This document shows positions 1 to 11,749 of a stretch of DNA of 43,779 bases, in pieces. Both the position numbers and the translations under genes were made by a program. The notes beneath the pieces were generated by a model. The model made no database searches, had not been told where the DNA came from, and worked only from the letters and a program-made list of their open reading frames with translations. Source of the DNA: Mayamaea pseudoterrestris (lineage: Eukaryota); assembly GCA_027923505.1 (NCBI GenBank), contig BROI01000003.1:1550001-1593779 (forward strand), read 5' to 3'. Position 1 is the first letter of the stretch. Each line of letters begins with the position of its first letter.

Positions 1-918
1 TCGATTCCATTGAGATGTCAGTCGAGATTTAAAATGAAGCAGATTGTTTACTTGATTGTGTTTCAGCTTGTGGCTGGAATCAAGTAGAATTGCCTGCGAT
101 ACAGACGATAAGCCTTCATGCGCTGTCCATCCAATTTTGCATGAACTGGTAGTGCAAGAAGCTATAACGGAGACGCCCCTGACAGTAGTCACAAGAAGAG
201 TGGCCGACGAATCGTCCTGGCACACGAGCAGTCTCAAATCGTCAGCTTGATCGTCGGGAGCAAGACCTAGATCTACCAAGTCTCCTTGATTTGTTGCAAT
301 CTTTGTGCAGCTTAAGTCAAGCGATGTGTGCTGTCCGCGACAGTCAAGAGACAACTCAGGCCTTCGCATGTTGACTGAGATTCCACCTGCACGTTGCGAA
401 AGAAAATCTCCATTGCTGGCGTCAAAAACATGCACCTTAGACTTTGACGCGACCTGAATAGCTTCGCCTTCATTGTTTGCCTTCAAAGATGTCCAACCTT
501 CGTCTTGAGGCAGTGGTTGCTCCCATAAGAGGCTTCCATCATTGGCACCCCAACAGCGGATGATGGAGGAAGAGTCGATGGAAAAGAGTCGCTCATTGAT
601 TGGCTCGTAGAGCACATTGAAACGATCATCACGAATCGAGCTGCACACGTTTCTTCTCCATTTCAACGAGCCGTCTTGAAGAGACCGGCAAGCCACATAA
701 CACGACGAGCCTTGCATTTCCGCACCCGCATCCGAGGTCAGAACGCACTCAGTCTTTACAAGCGCAGCCAAAGAGTTCGGTTTCATCGGCCCATGACCTG
801 CCGTTGCAACCGTAAAATCCAAAACTCCGGCTTCCTCATATGTGAGAGCTTGTATATGCCATGGCAGCAGCAAGACGAGAATTGCAGACCGGATTAACAT
901 TGCGAAACAGATCATCAT
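1..918 (-). CDS. EMC1: ER membrane protein complex subunit 1-like, N-terminal part (continues beyond window start)
   Basis: Not in the ORF track; translated by hand from 918 down to about 300 with no stop. Signal peptide MMICFAMLIRSAILVLLLPWHIQA, then LTYEEAGVLDF..GHGP and PQQ-like propeller motifs DGSLKWRR and DGSLLWE, as in EMC1 N-termini. Alternative ATGs at 915 and 900. Confidence 0.6.
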   Translation of the reverse strand, partial: MMICFAMLIRSAILVLLLPWHIQALTYEEAGVLDFTVATAGHGPMKPNSLAALVKTECVLTSDAGAEMQGSSCYVACRSLQDGSLKWRRNVCSSIRDDRFNVLYEPINERLFSIDSSSIIRCWGANDGSLLWEQPLPQDEGWTSLKANNEGEAIQVASKSKVHVFDASNGDFLSQRAGGISVNMRRPELSLDCRGQHTSLDLSCTKIATNQGDLVDLGLAPDDQADDLRLLVCQDDSSATLLVTTVRGVSVIASCTTSSCKIGWTAHEGLSSVSQAILLDSSHKLKHNQVNNLLHFKSRLTSQWNR

Positions 919-1073
919 GGTCGATCAAGATTTTGCGCGGTTGCCGCGTTGCGCACGGAAACGGACGTCGCAGCGCAACTCCTGTGAGACACGAATGACG
1001 TCGTCCATCCAATCAGATTGCGTCTTCACAGCATTGGATGTTCATCGCCAACCCGATCCAATGACAAAGCAAA

Positions 1074-1775
1074 ATGGCAACCTTCATGCATCAACACAAA
1101 TTCTTCCTCGTGAAACCAAGCAACACCATTCACTCTCTACTACTCATCTCTACTATCATTCTCGTCATCATGGCTTCCTCTACTGTCGCCATGACCGCTG
1201 CTGCTGCCTCTGGATTCTACAAGCGCCTTCCATTGCAAATCAAGCTTCTGTCGCAGAGAGCTACTCTTCCCAAGGCTGGATCCGACTTGGCAGCTGGCCT
1301 TGACCTTTGCTCGGCCATTGATATTGTCATTCCAGCGCAGCAACGTGCGTTAGTGCCGACGGACTTGTCGGTGGCCTGTCCAGCTGGAACGTATGCTCGC
1401 ATCGCTCCTCGCTCTGGTTTGGCATTGAAGCATGGGATTGACGTTGGTGCGGGTGTCATTGATGCCGACTATCGTGGACCTGTTGGAGTCATTCTCTTCA
1501 ATTGGGGAAAGGAAGACTTTGTCATCAAGCATGGTGACCGCATTGCTCAAATGATTTTGGAGCAGATTGTGCTTCCGGAGATTGTGCAGGTGGATGATCT
1601 CTCTGACACAGTGCGAGGTGACGGTGGCTTTGGCAGCACTGGTGTCAGCAGCGAGCCGATGCCGAAACGGTTGCGGACCGAGGCAGAGGAGGGAGGAGGG
1701 AAGCGCCGAAGAGAAGAAGGAAATGGATTAGATCTCGAGCAAGTACGAGTACGAGAAAGTTTTGCCAGGGCGTGA
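1074..1775 (+). CDS. DUT: dUTP pyrophosphatase (trimeric dUTPase)
   Basis: All five motifs: [37 protein letters not shown]. Start may be 1074, 1170 or 1191. Confidence 0.95.
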   Translation: MATFMHQHKFFLVKPSNTIHSLLLISTIILVIMASSTVAMTAAAASGFYKRLPLQIKLLSQRATLPKAGSDLAAGLDLCSAIDIVIPAQQRALVPTDLSVACPAGTYARIAPRSGLALKHGIDVGAGVIDADYRGPVGVILFNWGKEDFVIKHGDRIAQMILEQIVLPEIVQVDDLSDTVRGDGGFGSTGVSSEPMPKRLRTEAEEGGGKRRREEGNGLDLEQVRVRESFARA

Positions 1776-1864
1776 GGTTTGGATCAGCATTTATGCAGCA
1801 CCGTAAATAAAACGTGGGGAGTATTTAATTTTAATCGTACAAAAGCATATGCGATATATATTTC

Positions 1865-3325
1865 TCAAGTGCAAGTAGCTTCGCGTCGAAAGAATGCTAG
1901 CGTTTCGATAGCATCCGAACCAGGAAACAATATATGGCCTTCCGCGTGTGTACATTTCCATTGGCCGTCCCGCACCAGAGCCTGGTAATCGCGCACAAAA
2001 GCGTCAAAGCCGCAGCTCACATAGACAAGAAGGCGCGGACGTTTGTTAGCGCACAAGCTGTCGACGACGGATTGGTCCAAACCCTTTCGAGGAGGATCCA
2101 CAATGACGCAGTCGGCTTTACTGAAACATCCATTAGCCACCATAGTCTCCGCATTCGCAGAAACGTACGATATACGGGTCTTAAAGTCTATAGTGTCAGA
2201 CTTGATGCAGTCGATGCTTTTGTCAAAGCAGGCTTTGTTATGAGGATTCTCATCGCTGGAAACAAACGTTTCAAACAAGTCTGCCACGGCCAGTCCAATC
2301 GTACCCACTCCACCGTAAAGCTCCACGCAGTGTTTCAGAGATGAATCAGTGGCATGCGCTGCTGACAAGCTACTTCGAATTTTACTGACAATCTTGGTAA
2401 ATGCATCAAGATTGGCTTGACGAAAGACAAAGGGAGGAAAATGCAAGGGAACATGTGCCAGCGATGCATCATGGCCATCTTCATTGGAGTTGGCTTGAGA
2501 TTCATCAAGATACTCGACAATTTGCTCCGGGCCGTAGACACATTCCCATGAGCCAGTATGACTAATGATTGCATTGTCGTGCTTCCACGAAGCATTGAAG
2601 TGAATCCACAGCGAGTGTAGTCGTTTCTTCATGTCAGCAATCAATCGCGTCGCAAACTGATGAGCCTTACCGTGCTCCTCCTTGTCCTTTGCATCGCCGT
2701 TCCAAATGATTGTCGCTTGCACCTTTCCAGTTGATCGCTCAATGTTCACGGCAACATTACGTAAGTCACCCTTGCCAGTAGCTTCGTCGTACGCAGCAAT
2801 GTTGCAGGATCGAGCTATCAACTGAATTTGCTGGACAGCTGCGTTTATGGACGGATGATGGACACTTGTAGATCCCGAACCTGGAATCAAATCATGCGTC
2901 TTTGGTTGAAAGAGTCCAATGCAAAGCTCCTTGTCGCCAGCTTTGGTTTGTCGAACGGCTAGCTTGGAAACGGTGCGCCAGCCTCGAACAGGTCCCAATA
3001 CCACCTCAAAATTTCCTGCCAAGTGCTCACGGAAGAACTGAACAGCCTTTCGAATAATTGGTGCTTTCGTAGGGCTCAAAATGTACATCAACGAAGGATC
3101 TGAAGGAATTCTAGCGGCATCGTTCTTTCGTCCAGCATTACTCTTCGGCTTTTTAGCGGCGCGTCGTTTGCGCTCGTTCCGCAGCTGTGTAGCCGACTTG
3201 TATCCTTCATCGCCTGGATTGAACTTGCGTTTCTGAGCCGTTGTCTTGGTCATTGCATGCAGGAGGCTTTGTTTCCGACCCTTGTTTTGTGACGAGATTT
3301 CCTCGCCCGTTTTGCGCGTTGTCAT
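1865..3325 (-). CDS. TrmA/RlmD-family RNA (uracil-5)-methyltransferase
   Basis: FRQAN, ELYGGVGTIG (SAM binding), IVDPPRKGL, YVSCG (catalytic Cys), LFPGSDAIE; basic N-terminal extension. Confidence 0.9.
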   Translation of the reverse strand: MTTRKTGEEISSQNKGRKQSLLHAMTKTTAQKRKFNPGDEGYKSATQLRNERKRRAAKKPKSNAGRKNDAARIPSDPSLMYILSPTKAPIIRKAVQFFREHLAGNFEVVLGPVRGWRTVSKLAVRQTKAGDKELCIGLFQPKTHDLIPGSGSTSVHHPSINAAVQQIQLIARSCNIAAYDEATGKGDLRNVAVNIERSTGKVQATIIWNGDAKDKEEHGKAHQFATRLIADMKKRLHSLWIHFNASWKHDNAIISHTGSWECVYGPEQIVEYLDESQANSNEDGHDASLAHVPLHFPPFVFRQANLDAFTKIVSKIRSSLSAAHATDSSLKHCVELYGGVGTIGLAVADLFETFVSSDENPHNKACFDKSIDCIKSDTIDFKTRISYVSANAETMVANGCFSKADCVIVDPPRKGLDQSVVDSLCANKRPRLLVYVSCGFDAFVRDYQALVRDGQWKCTHAEGHILFPGSDAIETLAFFRREATCT

Positions 3326-3646
3326 GATGAGTACCGTTACGATTTAGCTGAAAGCTCAACCCCATTCATCAGCTAACGTACTTAAGCACACTACCAGTTT
3401 CGTTACTAACAGTAAGTAGATGAAAATTACTACAGCGAAACACGACCATGAACAAGCAGCTTGAATCCGTTCTATAATTGCTCCAATCTAGCAATACGAC
3501 TTGTCAGCTGTAGGATTCGGTCGCATACTTGCCTACCCGTCGAGTCTTGAACCAAGCAACTGTTGGAGCCAAGTTGATAGAGTGTCGGTGGGCTCTACAA
3601 GCGATACAAGTCAACTATTTTCGATCGCTGTGAAAGTAAGCATTCT

Positions 3647-4789
3647 TCACCCGTCGATCAAGCGCACCTTGTACATTTTCGGCCACCATTTTCCTGTCAC
3701 CCAAACAACATTCGGCTCATTTGTAATGGCAACACCATTAAACACATCCACGCTCGACGGTCGATCAGGCCAAAGCTCCTGCATGTCATAAATTTGAGTG
3801 ACAAAGCCACTTTCAACGTCGATTCGTACCAATACATCCTGGACCCAAACATTGGCCAGCAACGTCTTGGAATGCGTATCCCACTCCATTTCATTGACTC
3901 GTGCCATGGCGCGTGGGTTTTTAGAACCCTTGTAAAGCAGCTGCACTTGGAAGCGTCGCACATCTCGCACAACACTTTTGTTTGTCAAGGACTCTGGGTC
4001 CCACACCATGATCCATTCCGACCCATCACTGACCAGCAAGCCATGCGAATCTGCATACGTAATGCCCCATCCTTCCGATGTAATTGTTTCGTACTTGAAG
4101 GTATCAATGAGATTCAAATCCATGTCCCAAATGAGACCAGTTTGCTCCTTGTAAGTTAATTGGACAATGCGAGTACCATCTTTGGTGGTATAGTGCGAAA
4201 TGCCCTCTCCAAAGAGATTAGACTCCAGCGAAACCTCCTTTACTACATTGCCAGATGAGACATCCACAATGCGAAGCTTTGATTCACCGTAGTTGCCAGT
4301 CCCTTCGTAAAGAGTATTGTTGTTCCAGATGAATAGACCTTGGGTGAATGCTGTTGGGTCATGAGGTACAGTTTCGAGGAGCTCGAAATGCCCAATCTTT
4401 GAGACGCGAGGGGGTGTCGAAGGTGATGGACTAAGTGTCGGCTGTTCATGTTGTGGTAGTGATGATGGAGTTGGTGCTGATGTGTCGTTCAAGAATGCAG
4501 CTGCAGATTGTTCGTCGTTGCTCGCCCTTGGGTTTTGCGACGGATCCCTTGCTGATCGTTTGATCAAAGCGGAAGCGACAACGACGATTATAACCGCAAT
4601 AGTACCACCAATTGCCATTCTGAGTGAATGTGTTAGTATGCGCTTTCTCCTTGTATCTCCCACTGGTCGCTCCGTCATCTGCCTTTTTGTTCTCTCTAAA
4701 GTCGATGAATTCTGTTCCGATAAAGTGTCCACTGTGGTGTTCCCGACGACGGCCTTTGATCCGTCGGGTTTGCGATTTCTAACCGGCAT
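3647..4789 (-). CDS. Glutaminyl-peptide cyclotransferase (plant/bacterial beta-propeller type) with N-terminal membrane anchor
   Basis: HDPTAFTQGL, LYEGTGNYGES, FGEGI, EGWGIT, NEMEW, FNGVA, VTGKWWP; hydrophobic span IGGTIAVIIVVVASALI. Confidence 0.9.
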   Translation of the reverse strand: MPVRNRKPDGSKAVVGNTTVDTLSEQNSSTLERTKRQMTERPVGDTRRKRILTHSLRMAIGGTIAVIIVVVASALIKRSARDPSQNPRASNDEQSAAAFLNDTSAPTPSSLPQHEQPTLSPSPSTPPRVSKIGHFELLETVPHDPTAFTQGLFIWNNNTLYEGTGNYGESKLRIVDVSSGNVVKEVSLESNLFGEGISHYTTKDGTRIVQLTYKEQTGLIWDMDLNLIDTFKYETITSEGWGITYADSHGLLVSDGSEWIMVWDPESLTNKSVVRDVRRFQVQLLYKGSKNPRAMARVNEMEWDTHSKTLLANVWVQDVLVRIDVESGFVTQIYDMQELWPDRPSSVDVFNGVAITNEPNVVWVTGKWWPKMYKVRLIDG

Positions 4790-5354
4790 TGACCGCTGTA
4801 GGTTATAATACGTGGTCTAGCAGAATGGGCTGCTTTGTGCGTCGCATGGCGCATGCTCATCATGCAGTTGCCGTCCCGTCGTCGGCATGGTGGTCGAAGT
4901 AATCCACTGTCGTACCGGCAGCACGGCACACGCTGCCTCGCATTTCACCGATCATTGTACACTTTAACGGACAGTTAGTCAGTTTCTTGGTATCCTTTCC
5001 GAGCCAGTCGCGCCCTTTACCCTAACTATGAGTCTCCAACCGGCACTCGTTGCTCGCCTACTTTCGTCTGGTCTCAAATCAAAATGCAACAGGACCATCA
5101 CGATGACGAAGAGTTTGATAGAGCTTCCGAGACGAGACTAATGTCCTTTGAGAAACGATAGGAAAAATTTTGGAGGATCGGTTTGACGAGTGCGCCCAAA
5201 ACGCTCGTATTGCTGGTGGACGACGAATTAGCTCAATTCCGACCGACCTTCCGGTAGACCATTGACCAAAACATCATCAAGCCAACGCTACCTTAGCTGC
5301 GACAAACCAGCATCGGATTATCTGATTAAGACACACGCAACAATCCACATTACC

Positions 5355-8300
5355 ATGTCATTTTTTCAACGATTTTCCGCTGATGCAAGCAACGCTTGCA
5401 GCGACTTATATGCCAATTGGTTCTTGGGTGATGATGCTGGTAAATCGATTCGACTAACGCTCATTTTACGGCCACAGTCTCTTCCTGTCAAGAAAAAGGG
5501 CCCCGTGCGAATAGATTTGGGCATGACGTTTATTGAAATCAACGGCAGAGCCTACGTCAAGAGTGTCGCTCCTAATTCAGCAGCAGCTCAGTCGGGCGTC
5601 ATGCCGCAGGACTGTGTTCAGTACGCTTGCGTCTTTCGACCCGAATGGGTATCGGACATTTCGCAAGAGTCTGAGGCAGATTCATCGGCGACGCAACACG
5701 TTTTGGCACTTGAAGACAAGGGATTGCGAATATCCTATGATGAATTACGCAAGTTGCTTGCCGAAGCAATTGACCCAACACAATCTGCATTTTTGTCACC
5801 CTCACAATCCCAACACCCATGGACGGGTCCACCAATACCATCAACTGTTAATATATGCGTGCCAATGGATGTGGCTAGTGAAGAGGAAGCGAATGATCCG
5901 TATAGAGGCGAAATGCCGCGACCGGTAGTCTTTTGTCTGCGACGAACAAGGCAACGCCAGTCGATTCACCACATACCTGGAATACCATCTTTCAGGATGG
6001 ATGACGAAATTGATTTCGCGGCACTACTAGTCAAGAGATTAGCGCCAACACCGGACATGGAAATACTTCCACCAGATACATGGGAGGAACTAGTCCATGA
6101 CGGAACGGACTGGCTACTTGGCCGGGGAAGCATACTGCCACCAAAATCTTCTATGCAAAATCCTCGCGTAGATTGCCAAAATGAGAATGACGACGATTTA
6201 CCAAGTCGAATTCCCTTGGATGACTTTGAAAAGATTAGAGCGCAAAAATTGTCATCTCTTCGCTCACGAATGGCGGCGGAAGCGATGCAACTTGATCGAT
6301 CGGCTGATGTCGAGGCTGTGACGATACGAGGAATGATACAAAAGGCCATGGGCCTGGCATTCGTCCGCGCAAGTAAAATTGTTCTGGGAGTGAGCATGCA
6401 TTTTGGATCGGGGATTGTCATTGCCAGGCTGAGTGACGGGACTTGGTCGGCTCCATCGGCCATTGGAACGTGCGGTGTTGGTCTTGGACTACAATTTGGA
6501 CTTGAAGTTTGCGAATACATTTTCATCTTGCAAACCCAAGAAGCTCTAGATCATTTTAAACGTGGCGGATCCTTTACAGTGGGTGGCAATATGGGAGTGG
6601 CTTTTGCAGGTGTCGGCAGGGAAGCGTACGGAGCTGCTAGCTTGGATGGGGCATGTGGTTCGTTGCAGGACGTCCGCGACGACGAATACAACGATAATGA
6701 CAGTCGTGTGGAGCAGACTCCGCCAAAACCTCTAGGAATCGCTCCGATTGTTGCGTATGCCAAAAGCCAAGGTCTCTATGTAGGCGTTTCTTTGGAAGGA
6801 TCGCGTATATATGCCCGAGATGATATCAATCGACGAGCGTACAAGTTCATTTCGAACAGAGACGTTACTTCGTCAGATATTTTGGCTGGCAAGGTGGCAA
6901 CACCAGGCGACGCTGAAATACTTTATGCTGCTCTTCATAGCGTTGAATTCATGCACGAAATGTCCTGCTTGCCTCGACCCCCAGAGGTTTTAAGAAGGGA
7001 TTCGGCAAATTCATGGCGATACAACCGACCCATGACGACGGGACAAGCAGGAACTCCATTAGATCCTTTGAATGAGGATCTCTTTGCTTTTGTCCCTTCC
7101 CTCAACGCTGAAGATGCTGAGGAATGTGAGCATTTTGAATTGAGCTTCAAAAACTTTATGTATGGAGGAGTCTCAGTTCAACGACTCATCCCTGACGAAG
7201 AACGCTCTGGTAAAGCCGGCAAGGAGCGCCGCACGTTATGGTTGATGCTTCCTGAAGTGGGATCGCTGCGACTTGGCTATGTATCGAAACTTAGCGACGG
7301 TGACGGAGTTGTTTCTAATAAAAGTAGCACCCAGCGAGCGCGACGAGACGACTTTCATAGACAACCAAACTTTGATGGAGAAGTTGGGACTGTTGGTTCA
7401 GAGGATGTCACTTTGGACTCGGCGATACACACGAGAGTAAGTTCGACTGTGAGTTTAGCATGCGCCGCTCTTAGATGTGTCAACTCAACGTTATTTTATA
7501 GCAGGATGGCTCGATGATTGGCATCACGGGAGCAGGCAATGTGCACCTATCAAATCGCCACTCCGTCGCGCTTACTGATGTAATCGTACTATCTCAAGAG
7601 CCATTGGTGCCTATTAAATTCAATGGCGAAGACAAAACGGAGCATCTGCGGGTCATATCCATGCAAGACGTGGCTGGTACTTCGCTGTTGTTCCTGGCAA
7701 ATAACTTTAGAGAAGCTGAACTCCTCGTGTGTGGCCTAAAGCTTTTGCTGGAGCGTGAAACAGCACGGTTAGGCATACGCGGGGGACTGCCACGTAGCAG
7801 TGGCTTAACACCAAATTTGACGCGGAGCTACGCAGACATGTCGGTTTCTGCTGGAGGCACAAACTTTCTAGCGTCTGATTACGGCGGCGACGAGAGTACA
7901 ATGGGAGAATCTGTAAATAAGCATGATAGAACGCTGCCAATCGGAAGACCAACGTGGGGTAACGTACCAGGCCGTAACTATATGCGTGGTCAAGCTGCAG
8001 CTGCGTCCACCTCGCCACATAGCGGCAAAAGGCTGGAAATGGGAATTCCATCTTACGGGCATGGCCAAGAAATGGTCAGAGATGTCGCCAGAAACGTTCA
8101 ATTACCCCTCCCGCTCCCACTCTGTCGAGTCTTACTTCTTGATTCCACATCACCTATTATAAGAAAGTGGGAGGAGGATCGCGGTGATTTCAACTTTGAA
8201 AAATCGCGATGGACTTTTCCACCGGCGACGCCGAGGGAGCTGGAGCGGCACACATCCGAACATCAATTGATCGCCTCTGGTAGCATGTGTGGAGCCAGTA

Positions 8301-9241
8301 GAACCACATCCTTTGATCGTCCCCGATACGGATCTATTGTTCGCCTGAGCGAAACCCAAGCTGTTGATGCCGACGACTCTTCAAAGCTGGTGTTTTCCGT
8401 CACGGAGCGCAACCCTAGACGCGGATTTTCGGTGAAAGTGAAGGTGACCTTGAAGGCTAAGAATAACAACACTTGCGATGCTACAGTCGTGGCTGAGATT
8501 CGTCCAGTTGGTAAAGATATGTCTAACCAAGCAGCAGTCCACAAGGCGCTGCTGCTTGTGCTTGACGAAATAACTCAACGCTACGGAGCGGGAGGAACAG
8601 GTTTGGTTTCTGGGTTCTTAACGGTTGTCGATCAGATGACTGAGACTGATAATGCCAGCAAAAGCGAGATTGTACCGCGACCCTTTCATCGTACCGACCC
8701 AGCAACGGAAGAAAAGAAGATTGATGCTACAAAATCTGGCCATCATTTAACAGGATCTGCACGGGATGCGTCACGGAAACACGAAAGCCGGCAGGTTAAG
8801 TCTGGACTGGTTTCATTCGAGGACATGCTGAAGACGGCAGGCACGGGGAGCCTAAGTCCACTACCTAATGATCGTCTGGCAACGCCAGGCTTTGCTCAGA
8901 TTACTGACTTGGTCTCACAACCCAACAGAATTGCGGACCGACGAACACATGATAGAACCGGCGTTCATCATCAATCAGCAGCACAGAGCGAGTTGGAAAG
9001 GCAACGTCTTATTGAGGTGAAACCGCTCCCAAAAATCCGTTTGAGCCTCATGCCGTCTCCTCGAGAGGAAGATGAAGACGACAATAGCTCAGCCTCGCCC
9101 AAACCATCAGGTCTTGTTCGGAAGACAAAAAAGAAGTCTTCGGCTTTCCGATCGTCACCTAAACACAATACAATCTCGTCTCCCCAACAGCCACCGACGA
9201 GCCCAACTGCATCGGCTGAACGTCAACGAGGCTTGGTATAA
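5355..9241 (+). CDS. Two-exon multidomain protein: PDZ-like + SYLF/Ysc84 + PH-like + VASt-like (exons 5355-7436 and 7502/7505-9241)
   Basis: Track ORFs 5262..7517 and 7514..9241 join in frame via a phase-0 intron GTAAGT(7437)..TAG/CAG. SYLF motifs GSGIVIARLSDGTWSAPSA, GLQFG and YAKSQGLYVGVSLEG are strong; the other domains are pattern inference. Confidence 0.8.
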
Positions 9242-9634
9242 AGAATGGGTACTCATGCTGCTCCAATACTGAGATAACTCGTCATCGCGAGCTGTACAAA
9301 ACCATGAATACCAATTTAGCATGGCGACATTGAAAAGTACTTACTTATACTTGCCATTGACATAGACTACTTTATAATACAGGGAGTTTTGTGGATATGC
9401 AGAACTTGGACAACTTGTGCGACCTACCAGAGGAAAAGCGTCAGACTTACCGCTACTTACCGCTAATAGCTCGACTATCTCAGCGGTATTCAACGCCGAT
9501 TATTCGCTGACGATTCAAAAGTCGAATGATGATCTCGTCGCACCTACTCATTGTTTCATGGTCGTGTACCCTGCTCTTACGGTAGCACTTAACAAACTTC
9601 ATTTGGACAAGAACAAGGAATCGAAAGGCTTAAG

Positions 9635-10579
9635 ATGTTTCGGAGCTTGATCGCATGTGTCGCTCTATTGGGAGCAAGTGGCTTTTCAGCATCATCGGCG
9701 ACTAATTCGCCTTCCAATCGTGAAGTTGTGTTAGTGACAGGGGCATCGGGAAGGACAGGTTCATTGGTTTTCGAACAGTTGCTAAATGACCCTCGCTTTA
9801 CTCCCAAAGCTCTGGTAAGGTCTGCAAGCAGTGGCAAGAAGCTCCGCAAGGAACTCCCAGCGACCGACCTTGACAGCATTGTCATTTGTGACGTGACCAA
9901 ACTGGACAACGAAATGCTGCCTGCTGGATTAGACGAATGCACGTCCATGATCATTTGCACATCCGCAGTTCCATTTGTTAGCAAACTATCGATCGTCAAG
10001 GCTATATTCCAAATCCCAATCAATTTGATTCGGCGTAAGAAAGCTCTCGACTTTCGATCACTGAGGTTTAAATGGAAGAACAATGGATATCCTGAGGTTG
10101 TTGACTATCAAGGCCAAGTCGCTCAGATCAAATTGGCACAGAAACTCGGAATGAAGCAAGTCATTGTCGTGTCAAGCATGGGTGGAACACAGCCGTCTAA
10201 ATTCTTGAACAGCGTTGGAAAGAAACCAGACGGCTCGGGAGTCGGCGATATTTTACTTTGGAAACGAAAAGCGGAGAGATATCTAGTGGGAACTGGACTT
10301 GATTACACAATCATCCATCCAGGTGGTCTGGTGGACAATATACCACCAGGAACCGAAGAGTTTGTCATCGACGTGGACGACAAGCTTTTGGAAAACAAAA
10401 AGCGAAGCATTAGTCGAGCCGATGTGGCTTCGTTGTGTGTCGCAGCTCTGACAGTATGCAAGGGGAGAAAGGTATCGTTGGATTGCATTACGCGTGAGTC
10501 GTCTGGTAGTTTGCCGACTGCCGAAGAAGTACTGGAAGCATTTTTAAAGGAAGATAAGGTGTACGATTACGCACTGTGA
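9635..10579 (+). CDS. NAD(P)-binding Rossmann-fold atypical SDR (At5g02240/TIC62-like), probably plastid-targeted
   Basis: VLVTGASGRTG, VSSMGGT, WKRKAERYL, YTIIHPGGL, SISRADVA; signal peptide ending ASG-F followed by Ser-rich transit-like segment. Confidence 0.88.
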   Translation: MFRSLIACVALLGASGFSASSATNSPSNREVVLVTGASGRTGSLVFEQLLNDPRFTPKALVRSASSGKKLRKELPATDLDSIVICDVTKLDNEMLPAGLDECTSMIICTSAVPFVSKLSIVKAIFQIPINLIRRKKALDFRSLRFKWKNNGYPEVVDYQGQVAQIKLAQKLGMKQVIVVSSMGGTQPSKFLNSVGKKPDGSGVGDILLWKRKAERYLVGTGLDYTIIHPGGLVDNIPPGTEEFVIDVDDKLLENKKRSISRADVASLCVAALTVCKGRKVSLDCITRESSGSLPTAEEVLEAFLKEDKVYDYAL

Positions 10580-10613
10580 TTAATTACATGTTTTAACCAC
10601 GTTATGATAGCTA

Positions 10614-11561
10614 TCAGATTCCATCTATCAGCCTACTGTTATTGTTGACCCCTGTAGCGTCGATCCAGATATTGACTGGTACTGTTATAAAATGCTTCCA
10701 AAGCGACACAAATGCGTTCGACAGCAGGTGCAGTAGTCCAAGATGTCCTCGATTCCCATTCAAATACTTTGCGTATAAAAAGCAGTTGTACTTCTTCCCA
10801 TCAATCGTATAGTAGTTCACAATCTCCTTAACCCGATAAAAACCAAGCCGTTCGTACAATCGAATAGCTGCAAGATTATAGGTAATCACGTGAAGATAAA
10901 CTGCGCCGCAATGACCCTCCTGCATTGCATGTTGCAGCGAGTGCTTTACCAAATCAGTAGCCCATCCTTCCTTTCGGTATTCGTCCCGACAGCCCAATGT
11001 CATGAGATAAAACAGCTTTGTAAATCTTTCGTCCGAAAGCAGCAATTCTCGCATAGTTTCAGACAGCGACGATGCGGGGACAAAGGTGCCAATCACTGAC
11101 GCAATTATTTCGTCTTGCATCACTTGCGCTGATTGAAGTCTGCCACCAGACGCGTCGTCAGTGGGATATGAGGGAGAAGTTTCTGCTTTACATTGTTGAT
11201 TCTTAACAACTAGACATGAATATAGCGGTTCTCCGTAATGACCATCTCGACCAGCTGCAAGGTCATCGTAAAATTCGTCATGATATAAGACAGGGAACCA
11301 TTCTTCGTGTAGTTGCTGAATCTCATTTCTGTCCTGAGGCCCAATGCTTCGATACGATACTACGGTAGCATCCTCGTCAGAAGTTGATCTCGATTGTTGA
11401 TTGCTGCTGTTGTCGTTGTTATTCTCAGTTAATAACGAGCATGCTTCCTCGTCTCGTTCCGTTGACGAAATGCTGCTCCTAATCTCGCAGCTGTCATCCG
11501 AAACTTGGTTGCTGCTTTCAATAAAGAACCAGTCGGAGAGTGCAAACCCGCTCGATAGCAT
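10614..11561 (-). CDS. NAA60: N-alpha-acetyltransferase 60-like GNAT
   Basis: EWFPVLY..FY, YLMTLG, VYLHVITYNLAAIRLYE, NYYTIDG..YLNG, and an amphipathic C-terminal tail. Confidence 0.82.
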   Translation of the reverse strand: MLSSGFALSDWFFIESSNQVSDDSCEIRSSISSTERDEEACSLLTENNNDNSSNQQSRSTSDEDATVVSYRSIGPQDRNEIQQLHEEWFPVLYHDEFYDDLAAGRDGHYGEPLYSCLVVKNQQCKAETSPSYPTDDASGGRLQSAQVMQDEIIASVIGTFVPASSLSETMRELLLSDERFTKLFYLMTLGCRDEYRKEGWATDLVKHSLQHAMQEGHCGAVYLHVITYNLAAIRLYERLGFYRVKEIVNYYTIDGKKYNCFLYAKYLNGNRGHLGLLHLLSNAFVSLWKHFITVPVNIWIDATGVNNNSRLIDGI

Positions 11562-11749
11562 GTCCGATCGATGAGCCGCATTAACAACAGCACTTTCCAG
11601 TGCTCGTCATGATGTTATGGTTGAACGATGCGCTTCTGCCGAAAAATCGACCAAGTCGTAGCGGTTATGGTTCATTCATCACGACGTCGTCCGTCGTCCA
11701 GCCTCGTGCGTTATTTCCGAGAACAAACGCTGCATCTATCATAACTATC

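Noticed and set aside
1074..1775. Viral or retroelement origin of the dUTPase
   Set aside because: Flanked by ordinary housekeeping genes with no viral hallmark genes nearby.
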